Shown here one piece after another: positions 40,278 to 49,240 of a stretch of 64,000 nt of DNA. Location of the stretch: IMG/VR virus record IMGVR_UViG_3300010883_000015, positions 1 through 64,000 of that record; one strand, 5' to 3'. This DNA is from a virus. The notes beneath the pieces were generated by a model. The model searched no databases and was not told the origin of the DNA. It worked only from the letters and a program-made list of their open reading frames with translations. Position numbers and translations under genes: made by a program. Each line of letters opens with the position of its first letter. Position 1 is the first letter of the stretch.

Positions 40278-40569
40278 AATTATTACCAATAGATTCTACT
40301 GATGTAATCTCAATCAAATCAGTAGAGATCGTAACTTTAACATCTAATTCTTTTAGTAAATATAATATACACCAGTCTGGGCATAACCTTAATTTCTCAT
40401 TTGAGATTGAACAATAAGCACTAAGATTTGAAGGGTTTATTTGTAATAACCTAGCTAAATCTTTTGAGTTTTTAGTTGGATTCCTTAAGATCCAAAGATC
40501 TCTTAATTTTGTAAATATGTCATTTCTAGGTAATTTTATTTTTTTATCACATTCTGATATAGTCATCAT
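40267..40569 (-). CDS. XRE/Cro-like helix-turn-helix protein
   Basis: SKDLARLLQINPSNLSAY HTH pattern; AAGGAG RBS. Confidence 0.6.
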   Translation of the reverse strand: MMTISECDKKIKLPRNDIFTKLRDLWILRNPTKNSKDLARLLQINPSNLSAYCSISNEKLRLCPDWCILYLLKELDVKVTISTDLIEITSVESIGNNYVR

Positions 40570-40582
40570 GTCTCCTTGTTGA

Positions 40583-40909
40583 TTACAATTTTATTTCTAT
40601 GGGGCTATCGGGTTTATTAATTAGACAACTTATATCTATTTGCATCTCGTCATCATTCTCAATTGATTTTTCCATATGAGTGTCAGTTCTAATAACTTTT
40701 TGACCGCTAAACATATTTTTAAAGTCTTTTTCTGATACCCAAAAAGAAATGGTGAACTTTATTGGTTTTCCAAATGTATAAGAAAAACCTCTATTTACAT
40801 TTAGATTAAAAGTAAATAATATAGATTGTTTGGATAAGTTTAAAGCGAATTCAAGAATTCGATTTTGTAGTTTTAATTTTGTATCAATAGTAGATATTTT
40901 TACATCCAT
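40583..40909 (-). CDS. hypothetical protein
   Basis: GAGGT RBS; first gene of the leftward operon. Confidence 0.55.
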   Translation of the reverse strand: MDVKISTIDTKLKLQNRILEFALNLSKQSILFTFNLNVNRGFSYTFGKPIKFTISFWVSEKDFKNMFSGQKVIRTDTHMEKSIENDDEMQIDISCLINKPDSPIEIKL

Positions 40910-41111
40910 AGGGCACCTCTGTCTTAATAATTAATTCTATACAATGGAACATTCCAATTTGTGTATATGTATATATAGCACATACAGAAGACAATTCAAT
41001 AAATTGTATGTTCTGTTGACATAGAATTAACAAGAAGGATTATATGTAAAGCTATTACTAATAGTAAACAACTATAATTACATCATTTATGTTAAATAAA
41101 ATGAAAAATAG

Positions 41112-41177
41112 CTTGTTGATACATGTATTAATATAATATAATTATAATTGAATTAATATTACATGTATCATGTTCAA
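41112..41177. promoter_or_regulatory. palindromic AT-rich intergenic element, copy 2
   Basis: 11-bp perfect inverted repeat TGATACATGTA (41117-41127) / TACATGTATCA (41160-41170) around an AT-rich core. Confidence 0.6.
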
Positions 41178-41202
41178 TGTTCATTATTAACAACAAGGAT
41201 TA

Positions 41203-42549
41203 CTATTCTTGTACAATTGGAGCATATGAATAATAAGGGTGACTTGTTGGGAGCCTTACCCACGTAGCATATTTGTGAGCCAGATAACCTTCAATTAATT
41301 GGCGGTTTTCTTCGTTACATTCACCATTTACCAATATAACTTCGGCAATATCACCTTTAAAGAATTGTGAAGAGCCATTTTTACCCATAAGTAGCTCATT
41401 CGCATTATCAGCACCTGCTCCCATATATTTATGATTTATTTTGCTACCATCTAAAAATAATCCACCTGTTCCTGCGCTTAATTTATCAGTTATGGCTTCT
41501 GACATTTGATAAGTATTTGTAACGCCTGTAAAGCTTGCTGCATGCGAATTAGAATCACCCGTCATTGAAAGTCCGACAGTTGATACATATCCTAATGAAT
41601 AAGTTAGATCTTTCACTAATAATGGATTGTTCCCAACTGCCGGATCAGTAGGGCTATTAATTATAAATATACTATATCCATTTGTAATTAAATCTAAGGT
41701 CGCAGAGTCTGCTGCACTTAGAAAATCATTAGTTCCATCAAATTTAATAATAGAATAATTGTTTAAAGCATTTTTATATTCAACAGGTTCATTTCCTACT
41801 CCAGCAGCAGACATGGTATTACTATTTGCACTAGAGTCTGACCAAGCTGTAACTGTTGATCCAGTGACGGTGACTCCAAGATCTGCTTTATACCATGAAG
41901 CAATTGTTACTCCTGTAATATTGTTTGGATTCCATAAAGAAGGAGACGTTCCTGTTTGTGTATATTGAGAAACAGTAAATGTATCTAAATATACAGTTCC
42001 ATTTTTTACTTGAATCCCTGGAACTCCCCCTGTTAGTTTAGAATCATTAATATCGCCAACATTAGCAACAATAGTTGAGTCTAATAGCAATTGAAGAGTA
42101 ACTTGGTCTTTACCATAACACCTAAATTCCATTGTATGCTTTGCGCCCCTAGATATAGAGGTGTTTGGCATTGTAGCGTCTACTAGAATAGTTTCTTTAT
42201 TTCTAACTCTTCGACATATCTGTACTTTCCTTTGCTCTACATTTAATTTTGCAATATAACATGAGTAAGCACTTTGAGGGTCGCCTTGAAAATTAGTAGA
42301 TCTTGCTATAAGCCCTAATGTTCCACCCATAAATGGATGAGTTTCATTATAATTAGGCCAAGCATAATCAGTATATACCGAGTAGCTAGTTGCAGACATT
42401 GTTGTTGTTGTTCCAACAACTGTTAATAAATAATCTTCTGTTTGGGTGGTTAAGCCTGAACTTGCAACTAGGCATCTTCCGCTTAGAACACCTGTTGGGT
42501 CATTTATTGCTCCCCATCCTGACGTTCCTTTCCAATTACTTTTACTCAT
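41203..42549 (-). CDS. LamG/concanavalin-like beta-sandwich virion or adhesion protein
   Basis: WYKAD..VTAWSDSS..NNYSIIKFDGTND..FKGDIAEVIL..IEGYLAHKY..LP..HPY; start at MSKSNW after GAGG. Confidence 0.7.
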   Translation of the reverse strand: MSKSNWKGTSGWGAINDPTGVLSGRCLVASSGLTTQTEDYLLTVVGTTTTMSATSYSVYTDYAWPNYNETHPFMGGTLGLIARSTNFQGDPQSAYSCYIAKLNVEQRKVQICRRVRNKETILVDATMPNTSISRGAKHTMEFRCYGKDQVTLQLLLDSTIVANVGDINDSKLTGGVPGIQVKNGTVYLDTFTVSQYTQTGTSPSLWNPNNITGVTIASWYKADLGVTVTGSTVTAWSDSSANSNTMSAAGVGNEPVEYKNALNNYSIIKFDGTNDFLSAADSATLDLITNGYSIFIINSPTDPAVGNNPLLVKDLTYSLGYVSTVGLSMTGDSNSHAASFTGVTNTYQMSEAITDKLSAGTGGLFLDGSKINHKYMGAGADNANELLMGKNGSSQFFKGDIAEVILVNGECNEENRQLIEGYLAHKYATWVRLPTSHPYYSYAPIVQE

Positions 42550-42629
42550 GATATCCTCACATAATTTACCCCATGACAATCACAAGGCTCGCATCCACAG
42601 ACTAGGCACTCATATCTAAAAAATAGCAT
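42546..42629 (-). CDS. 27-aa cysteine-rich micropeptide (not in the ORF track)
   Basis: MLFFRYECLVCGCEPCDCHGVNYVRIS*; fills the intergenic gap; ATGA overlap with the next gene. Confidence 0.55.
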   Translation of the reverse strand: MLFFRYECLVCGCEPCDCHGVNYVRIS

Positions 42630-42634
42630 ACCTT

Positions 42635-42976
42635 TTATTTCTTAATCTGAGAAATTCTATCTCTTAAACTTTTAGGTATCTTTGCTTTTTCAAGATTAGA
42701 TCTTTCTTGTTTTCTAGCCTTCCTGTCTTCTGGGGACTTTTTGGAGAAGGAAACTGCTATCTTAATTGCAGTAGCAAAAATTAACCCATCTATTGCTTCA
42801 ATAGCTGCGCCCATAGGGTTTTTGACTATTGCATTAAAATCAATAAGTTCATCTAATAAAGATGACAATTGATCTATTACCTCTTCTTCTGGTATTCCTT
42901 TTTCTAACAAAAGGTCTGCCATATCCAATATTTCTTTCCAAGGTAATTTACTTAAATTTAAAGCAATTTTAGCCAT
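42635..42976 (-). CDS. hypothetical protein
   Basis: 113 aa; GGAG RBS. Confidence 0.6.
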   Translation of the reverse strand: MAKIALNLSKLPWKEILDMADLLLEKGIPEEEVIDQLSSLLDELIDFNAIVKNPMGAAIEAIDGLIFATAIKIAVSFSKKSPEDRKARKQERSNLEKAKIPKSLRDRISQIKK

Positions 42977-42992
42977 GATATCTCCACGTAGT

Positions 42993-43310
42993 TTATTTTT
43001 TTATTGATTTTCTTTTCTTATCTAATTCTTTGTTGATTGATTTATCAGTTTCACTCTGTATCATTTCTTTTAAATTATCTATAGGCTCTACTATTGATCT
43101 TGTTATATATAAAACATTTCTTTTCCGAACATGCACTTCATTCATATCGAATTTAGGAAATCTATTATCGGACATTGTGGTTACGTTTATTAAAACAAAA
43201 GCATCCTCCAATAAGGCAGATGTTTTTACTTCATCACATACACATGGTAACCAAAATTCAGGTGTTGAAAATTCTGCATATACAATATATTTCTTTACTT
43301 CATCACTCAT
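42993..43310 (-). CDS. hypothetical protein
   Basis: 105 aa; AAGGG RBS; divergent from the lysin-like gene. Confidence 0.55.
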   Translation of the reverse strand: MSDEVKKYIVYAEFSTPEFWLPCVCDEVKTSALLEDAFVLINVTTMSDNRFPKFDMNEVHVRKRNVLYITRSIVEPIDNLKEMIQSETDKSINKELDKKRKSIKK

Positions 43311-43386
43311 AAATCCCTTGTTATTTTACATATATTTATATAGAGTTAGTGCTACTATAACATATATATCAATTTGGAGTATAAAA

Positions 43387-43971
43387 ATGACACCTAAAAT
43401 ATTAGAGATAATAAAAAATAAAGGATACAAAATATTTCTAAATGGTTCCTATAATATAAATATTATAGGCGTTAGGGGCGATTCTTTAATATCAAATTCA
43501 TTTGATGATTCATTGTTTCTTGTTTTTAAGGATAGCGAAGGGCTTTGGGTCGAATTAAAATTTAAAATAACAACTGACCCCGGAAAATATTGGTTGCAAA
43601 ATCCTTCTCGTATTGAAGGTACGGCAATTCTTGTTGAAGGTCAATATAGTGGTGCTTATCGAATAGATAAACATCGTGGAAGTTATGATGCACTATGTCA
43701 GCGTGGTGCTCAAGTACGAATATATAGAGATAATAATAAAAATATAATATTAGACAAAGAAATTGAAGATATTAATTCTGGTTATTTTGGTATAAATATT
43801 CATAAAGCTAGTGCAACAAGAACAAGTACACAAGTAGATAAATGGTCAGCAGGATGCCAAGTTTTCGCTAATCCAGATGATTTTGAACTTTTTATGAGTA
43901 TTTGCAGAATATCTTCAAGTAAATACGGGAATTCATTTACTTATACATTAATTACCGAAAGCGATTTATAG
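43387..43971 (+). CDS. putative endolysin, L,D-transpeptidase (YkuD)-like Cys/His enzyme
   Basis: NIIGVRG, FDD, TTDPG, YRDNN, GINIH...WSAGCQVF; real start ATG 43387 after GGAG. Confidence 0.6.
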   Translation: MTPKILEIIKNKGYKIFLNGSYNINIIGVRGDSLISNSFDDSLFLVFKDSEGLWVELKFKITTDPGKYWLQNPSRIEGTAILVEGQYSGAYRIDKHRGSYDALCQRGAQVRIYRDNNKNIILDKEIEDINSGYFGINIHKASATRTSTQVDKWSAGCQVFANPDDFELFMSICRISSSKYGNSFTYTLITESDL

Positions 43972-43978
43972 GATAGTC

Positions 43979-44962
43979 ATGGAAGACTCTGACTTTATTT
44001 TAAAAATTGGTGACTGCATTGAAGAATTGAAATTATTAAAAGAGAATTCTATTGATTCTATTGTTACTGATCCTCCTTATGCCGTATCCATAGACAAAAA
44101 TGATTGGGACGATTTTAAATCTTTACGCCATTTTCAAAAGTGGTGTGAGAAATGGGCAATAGAATGCTTTAGGGTTCTAAAGCCCGGTGGTTATATTGTT
44201 GCATTTAGCTCGGGAAGAACGTATCACAGGTTAGCTTCGGGCATAGAAGACGCTGGGTTTCAAGTTAAAGATACAATTAATTGGGTGTATTTTAGCGGGA
44301 TGCCAAAGGGGTTACGAATAGATAATTTAGGTACTCAATTAAAGCCAAGTTGTGAGCCTGCGGTATTGGCCCAAAAGCCTATATCAGAAAAAACCTATGC
44401 TGATCAATTAAAGAAAACAGGTACAGGGTTTATGAATATAGATGAATGTAGATTCCATCATAAAGACCGTTGTTGGCTAGGCCCTAAAAATGCTGATTTT
44501 GTTAAAGCTTGGGATAAGCCGATAATGAGTAACTTTACAGGAGACGGAGCTAAGTTATTCGTGGCTGATAGTAAAACAAATTATCAAATAAGAGATATTT
44601 CTAAATATAAACCTACTGGTGGTAGATTTCCTGCGAATATTTATCATTGTAAAAAGCCAAACAAAAAAGAAAAAGATGCAGGAATAAGAGCATCGAGGGA
44701 TAATAACCAAAATGGAAGAAGAAACTTCCACCCAACAGTAAAGCCCTTAAAATTGATGAAATGGCTTGTTAGGCTAGTAACGCCCCGAAACAACAATGCT
44801 GTTGTCTTAGACCCATTTCTAGGCTCAGGAACAACGGGTATGGCTTGTTTATTAGAAGGATACCGATGCATAGGGATTGAGCGTAATCCTGAGTACAAAC
44901 ATATAATAGAATCTAGGATAAAAATAGCTAGAAAAAGTATTTCTGATAAAAATCTTGACTGA
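43979..44962 (+). CDS. DNA methyltransferase (N4-C/N6-A, beta class)
   Basis: VTDPPY, SGMPKG, LKPSCEP, GRFPAN, HPTVKPL, VLDPFLGSGTTG. Confidence 0.9.
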   Translation: MEDSDFILKIGDCIEELKLLKENSIDSIVTDPPYAVSIDKNDWDDFKSLRHFQKWCEKWAIECFRVLKPGGYIVAFSSGRTYHRLASGIEDAGFQVKDTINWVYFSGMPKGLRIDNLGTQLKPSCEPAVLAQKPISEKTYADQLKKTGTGFMNIDECRFHHKDRCWLGPKNADFVKAWDKPIMSNFTGDGAKLFVADSKTNYQIRDISKYKPTGGRFPANIYHCKKPNKKEKDAGIRASRDNNQNGRRNFHPTVKPLKLMKWLVRLVTPRNNNAVVLDPFLGSGTTGMACLLEGYRCIGIERNPEYKHIIESRIKIARKSISDKNLD

Positions 44963-44984
44963 ATATATTCGTATAGTTTATATT
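44955..44984 (+). promoter_or_regulatory. sigma70-like promoter
   Basis: TTGACT-N18-TATATT. Confidence 0.5.
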
Positions 44985-44990
44985 AATATA

Positions 44991-45099
44991 AGCCTCGTAC
45001 CGCCTTAATCACCTCCTAGCTCGTACACGGTCACCTAGTTTGTAATGATAGAGTATTTGTGAAAGGATCGCTGTTTATGATAGCGATCCTTTTATTTTT
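44991..45099 (+). ncRNA. candidate ~105-nt small RNA with anti-Shine-Dalgarno seeds
   Basis: lies between a promoter and a terminator; no ORF; C-rich segment containing ATCACCTCCT. Confidence 0.45.
45062..45099 (+). terminator. intrinsic terminator
   Basis: AAAGGATCGCT-N9-AGCGATCCTTT followed by TATTTTT. Confidence 0.85.
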
Positions 45100-45222
45100 A
45101 TATTTTCGGACATATTCTGTCTTGATCATGTCAATTCAATGTAAATCGCTTTAAATTATATGTTTAATCCAATACAATTAAACATGTCAATAAGACATTA
45201 ATATAAATAATAAGGTGGTAAT

Positions 45223-45579
45223 ATGGTAGATAAATTTTACTTAGGAAGTGTCGTAGTTACGAAGTCTTTAAATAATTTCTTAGAAGAAAGCGAGTCTTTT
45301 CAGAAGGTAATATTTGGGTGTCTCGAAAAGCATAAGTCTGGGAATTGGGGTGACACTGCCCTTAATGATTGTGAACTTAATAACAAGGCAATTGAAGAGA
45401 AGAATGGAGATAGAATTGTTTCAAAATATGAACTCTCTAATACGACTCTGAATTACCTTAATTGTGATTCGATTCCGAAAAGAGAAAGTGATCTTTATTC
45501 TTCTATTTTTATAATTACTGAAAATATTGGAATTACAGAAAAAACGTTAACAACACTACTGTTTTGTTCAGAATATTAA
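45223..45579 (+). CDS. hypothetical phage/plasmid-type protein
   Basis: LGSVVVT..KHKSGNWGD..N..AI..RIVSKY..IITE..TTLLF..EY; TAAGGTGG RBS. Confidence 0.65.
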   Translation: MVDKFYLGSVVVTKSLNNFLEESESFQKVIFGCLEKHKSGNWGDTALNDCELNNKAIEEKNGDRIVSKYELSNTTLNYLNCDSIPKRESDLYSSIFIITENIGITEKTLTTLLFCSEY

Positions 45580-45588
45580 GGAGTTGTA

Positions 45589-46935
45589 ATGAAATATAAT
45601 AATATGGAATTACATTTAAAAAGATATGAATATCCTGAAATGATAAAAAAGGGACTGATATTTCCTGTCTCATACAGTGAAATAAAAACTTTACCTTGTT
45701 CCAGAAAGTATGCATTTAAATATATAGAAGGCTTTTCTTCTAATTCTTATAGTAGGCCATTAACATTTGGAATTTCTTGGCACTATGTCTGTGAACAAAT
45801 CTTAATCAAAACAATAAAAACTGATCAAATTATGGACAATAAAGAAATAAATGATGTTTGTGATAAATATTTAGTTCATTTCCTTGAAGGTGAATTAAAA
45901 AACAAGTATTTCTATGAAGGTGTAACAATAAAAGGAGAAATAGAAAGCATAGTTACACAGATAAAATTAGGAATAATAGGATGGGCAAAGAATTGGTCGG
46001 AAAATATACATCCCAGATATAAAGTTATTGCTGTTGAACTTGCTTTAGGCATGCCTATTTCGTGCGACGGAAAAGTTCTCCGTAAAAAGATGACTTTTGT
46101 AAAGCATGAATTTAAAGATTGTGAAATATTAAGACTTCCTGTTTCTGGCGAGTTGGATAAAAATGGAAAATCTTTTTCAAAAGACAATTATGTACCTGAA
46201 ATTCAGATGGGTGATAAAATATCAACTGAATCGTTAAAAAACACTTGTATTTCTAAACAAATTAAATTCTTTAAAGTTGGAAAATTGGACTGCTTATTGC
46301 AGTCAAGAGAGACGGGTGGGCTATGGATATTGGATCATAAAACGTCTGGTTCACCAAAAGGGTACAAAACTAAGATGCAATTTAATCTTCAACTTCATAA
46401 TTATTGCTCTCTTGTTAGGTACGCCATTAAAGAGGGAAGGTTTTCTGATTTAAATTCAGATAATTTAATTGTTGAAGGGGTCATGTGGGATATCGCTTCT
46501 TCAAAATACAACCCGATGCAATTTGATTCTGATGGAAAATTAAAAAAGTTAAAGAGACCGATCCCTCCTTACCATATCGTTAAAGAATATGTTGAGAAGA
46601 ATAAGTTAGAAGACTCATATTCTGATTATTTAGATCTTTTAGAAGAGAAGAACCTCGACAAATATTTTTTAGTTGAAGAGATGATCTCTGAAGAAGATAT
46701 GGACAGATGTGAACTAGAAGATTACTGTTATGTTCAAGAAATGATCATAAAGAGAAAAAAGGCAGAAATCGTTAATTTGCGATCTCCTTCCGATCTTAGC
46801 GTAAAGATTCCACGTTTTACAATTTGTGAAACGTATAATTTTTGTCAATTCTATATCAATTGTTTTGCAAATACAGCAATGCACAAGATACAATATAAAC
46901 GTGAAGCCAATATGTTTTGGCGAAGCATTCTATAA
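45589..46935 (+). CDS. Cas4/AddB-like PD-(D/E)XK exonuclease
   Basis: SYSEI..CSRK, FGISWH, GKLD..ILDHKT, QLHNY, C-terminal CETYNFCQFYINC Fe-S staple. Confidence 0.8.
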   Translation: MKYNNMELHLKRYEYPEMIKKGLIFPVSYSEIKTLPCSRKYAFKYIEGFSSNSYSRPLTFGISWHYVCEQILIKTIKTDQIMDNKEINDVCDKYLVHFLEGELKNKYFYEGVTIKGEIESIVTQIKLGIIGWAKNWSENIHPRYKVIAVELALGMPISCDGKVLRKKMTFVKHEFKDCEILRLPVSGELDKNGKSFSKDNYVPEIQMGDKISTESLKNTCISKQIKFFKVGKLDCLLQSRETGGLWILDHKTSGSPKGYKTKMQFNLQLHNYCSLVRYAIKEGRFSDLNSDNLIVEGVMWDIASSKYNPMQFDSDGKLKKLKRPIPPYHIVKEYVEKNKLEDSYSDYLDLLEEKNLDKYFLVEEMISEEDMDRCELEDYCYVQEMIIKRKKAEIVNLRSPSDLSVKIPRFTICETYNFCQFYINCFANTAMHKIQYKREANMFWRSIL

Positions 46936-46963
46936 ACACAAACTACACTACAAGGAAACCAAT

Positions 46964-47746
46964 ATGGCTATTGAAATAAGAAGAGCAAGCGAGGCTCTAA
47001 AGAAAGGAAACACTCATGCAAAAATACTTGTCTGGGGCAATTCTGGGGTGGGCAAGTCGTGGCTCGCTGCCAGTGCACCGAACCCTTTGATTGTCCTAAC
47101 AGAGTCTAACGGGGCTGTCTCTGTTGGTCACAGCAACCCAGATGCCGATGTCATAGTTATCGATAATATTAAAGACTTGAGAACTATTTGTGGTATGGCT
47201 AAAAGTGGAAAGTTGAACAAATATGATACCATTGTATTTGACAGCCTTACAGAGTGTCAGAGGTTATTTAAAGATGAAATCCTTGGCGATAGGGATACTC
47301 TGAAAATACAAGATTGGGGCTTATTGGCTACTAGGATGTTAAAATTCATTCGCTTGGTTCGCGACTTACCTTTCCATATTGTCTGTACTGCTTTGGCAGA
47401 CAAACTTACAGACTCTGAGGGTGTCATAACAATGAACCTTCCTCAATTTGAAGGCAAGAAAACAGCTAATGAGATTATGCAATATTTCAGTGCTGTTGGG
47501 TATTATTTTCAAAAGAGCACAATCGTAAAGACAAGTGATGGTGATGAACATAAACAATTAGTTCGTAATCTTATGTTCGAGAACACAACAAAATGGATGG
47601 TGAAACCTTGCCACCCACTAACAAATGTATCTGATCCTAATATGACAGATATTATATCCCGCATAATTTCTGGTTCAAATACTACAGAGATTATTAATAA
47701 AAACAAAACTAAAAAAAATCAAAAAGTTGAGGTGACACATGGCTAA
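46964..47746 (+). CDS. Sak4-like AAA ATPase / ssDNA-annealing recombinase
   Basis: KILVWGNSGVGKS Walker A, TIVFDSLTE, QDWG; between exonuclease and SSB. Confidence 0.85.
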   Translation: MAIEIRRASEALKKGNTHAKILVWGNSGVGKSWLAASAPNPLIVLTESNGAVSVGHSNPDADVIVIDNIKDLRTICGMAKSGKLNKYDTIVFDSLTECQRLFKDEILGDRDTLKIQDWGLLATRMLKFIRLVRDLPFHIVCTALADKLTDSEGVITMNLPQFEGKKTANEIMQYFSAVGYYFQKSTIVKTSDGDEHKQLVRNLMFENTTKWMVKPCHPLTNVSDPNMTDIISRIISGSNTTEIINKNKTKKNQKVEVTHG

Positions 47747-48344
47747 AATAAACCCTAGAAAAGATGGAAGTATTTCCGATTCTGGATCAAGACCTAAGAA
47801 AGTAACGGCAGGTAATAAAATATTTGCCCCTATTGGAATAGCATACACAAAATCAGCAAACAAAGGAACTGTTTGTCTGCATGTATACTCTATTGTTATT
47901 AAAGACCTAGAAGGTGATAATAATGAAGGTATAATTCACATTGAAAAGTTTTGGCAAACAGGAAAGGCGCTTTGGAAGGTTGCTAATTTTGCATTATCAA
48001 TGAGATGTGAAATTGAATTTGATTCAGAGGATAGGAATGATGTTGAGAAGATGATAGCCAATGGTGTGTGTTTCTCTGGTGAAATCGCTGTTAAAGATAG
48101 CGGTGAATATACTGTTAGAGAGATCGTTAATTTTAATATACCTAGTGATGTAATAGATGATGGTAAATTGAAGTTGACACCTGAAATGGAAGAATATATT
48201 GTTCAGGGAGAACAAGCGTTTCCTAAATATATTCAAAAACAAAAAGAGTATGGTGTTAACTTTATAGAACCTAAAAGTTCTGTTAAGATAGACTTATCAT
48301 CTGACGAGGAAGAAGAATATCAACATGATAGTATCCCATTCTAA
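47739..48344 (+). CDS. single-stranded DNA-binding protein
   Basis: follows Sak4; acidic tail ending DSIPF. Confidence 0.7.
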   Translation: MAKINPRKDGSISDSGSRPKKVTAGNKIFAPIGIAYTKSANKGTVCLHVYSIVIKDLEGDNNEGIIHIEKFWQTGKALWKVANFALSMRCEIEFDSEDRNDVEKMIANGVCFSGEIAVKDSGEYTVREIVNFNIPSDVIDDGKLKLTPEMEEYIVQGEQAFPKYIQKQKEYGVNFIEPKSSVKIDLSSDEEEEYQHDSIPF

Positions 48345-48891
48345 AGTATTAGTTGGCATTGACCCTGCAACCGCAGGATCAGCAGTTGTTTTAATCGGAA
48401 CTTCTGTTCCTGCGGTTATACTTTGGAAGAAGGTTACTAGAAAAAAAAGGAAAGTATTTAGTGTTAGTATCTCTTTCTCAAATTCAAAAAATGTACAAAC
48501 AACATTATGTAGAACCCCTGCTCATATTGGAGCAGTAATATCTGGATTGAGTTGTTTAAATATAGTGAATGGTATTTCTATTGAAGATTGTTATTTTCAT
48601 AAGAATCCTAAAACCACTATTATGTTGGCAAGATTTGGAACTGCTGTTTCTGCTCCCTTGCAGATAAAATGCGGATTTGATCCTGTATTTGTTGCACCTA
48701 CTGAATGGAGGAAGTCAGTCATAGGTGTGAGAACTAGAATAAAAAGAGAAGAAGCAAAGAGATTATCGTTAAAGCACTTACCTTTATTACTGCCCGAATT
48801 AGAGCATCACTTAAACCTCTTAGGTCGCTACGATCATATAACTGATGCAGCAGGTATAGCCTTATGGCTGTCATACAAATACTCTAAATAA
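48325..48891 (+). CDS. RuvC-like Holliday junction resolvase
   Basis: VGIDP, SIED, VAPTEWRK, DHITDAAGIA. Confidence 0.85.
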   Translation: MIVSHSKVLVGIDPATAGSAVVLIGTSVPAVILWKKVTRKKRKVFSVSISFSNSKNVQTTLCRTPAHIGAVISGLSCLNIVNGISIEDCYFHKNPKTTIMLARFGTAVSAPLQIKCGFDPVFVAPTEWRKSVIGVRTRIKREEAKRLSLKHLPLLLPELEHHLNLLGRYDHITDAAGIALWLSYKYSK

Positions 48892-48922
48892 TTTAACATA
48901 ATAATAAAAAAAAGGGATTAAC

Positions 48923-49240
48923 ATGAGGGTAACATACCAACATGATAGGATATCTACGCCTATAAAAATAGCAAAACTGTTTGAATTGTGGCTTCACATA
49001 CACAGATGGAAACGAAGGCCAAGACTAACAACGCGGAGAATTATTATTTTTAATTCTCAAATTCAGGAAAAGGGATTCGCTGAGATTTCTCAGGTATTCT
49101 ACTTTCTTATAAAGGATAATGATTATTCAAATCATATCAAAAGCAATGGTCATACAAAATTAAGAAGTATATTTAATCGGCACAATTGGGATGAAAAGGT
49201 TCAACGTTCAACAGTAGGTAAAAAAAATGAGTGCATTTGA
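48923..49240 (+). CDS. hypothetical protein (possible replication accessory)
   Basis: 105-aa basic ORF overlapping the primase-helicase start. Confidence 0.5.
   Translation: MRVTYQHDRISTPIKIAKLFELWLHIHRWKRRPRLTTRRIIIFNSQIQEKGFAEISQVFYFLIKDNDYSNHIKSNGHTKLRSIFNRHNWDEKVQRSTVGKKNECI

Noticed and set aside
41070-41097. TTATGTTAAAT, identical to the XerD arm of dif (reverse complement also at 48891-48901)
   Set aside because: No XerC-like arm at the 6-bp spacing in either place; such an 11-mer is plausible by chance in very AT-rich DNA.
43030-43386. N-terminal extension of the 313-aa ORF
   Set aside because: It is the antisense shadow of gene 42993-43310; the real start is ATG 43387 with a GGAG RBS.
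44991-45036. Loose resemblance to the 16S rRNA 1390-region sequence (GCCTTGTACACACCGCCCGTCAC), suggesting an rRNA fragment
   Set aside because: The match is short and needs gaps; only the anti-SD identity is kept as a finding.
45589-46935. Cas4-like gene as evidence of a CRISPR system
   Set aside because: It sits in a standard exonuclease-Sak4-SSB recombination module; no array or other cas genes.
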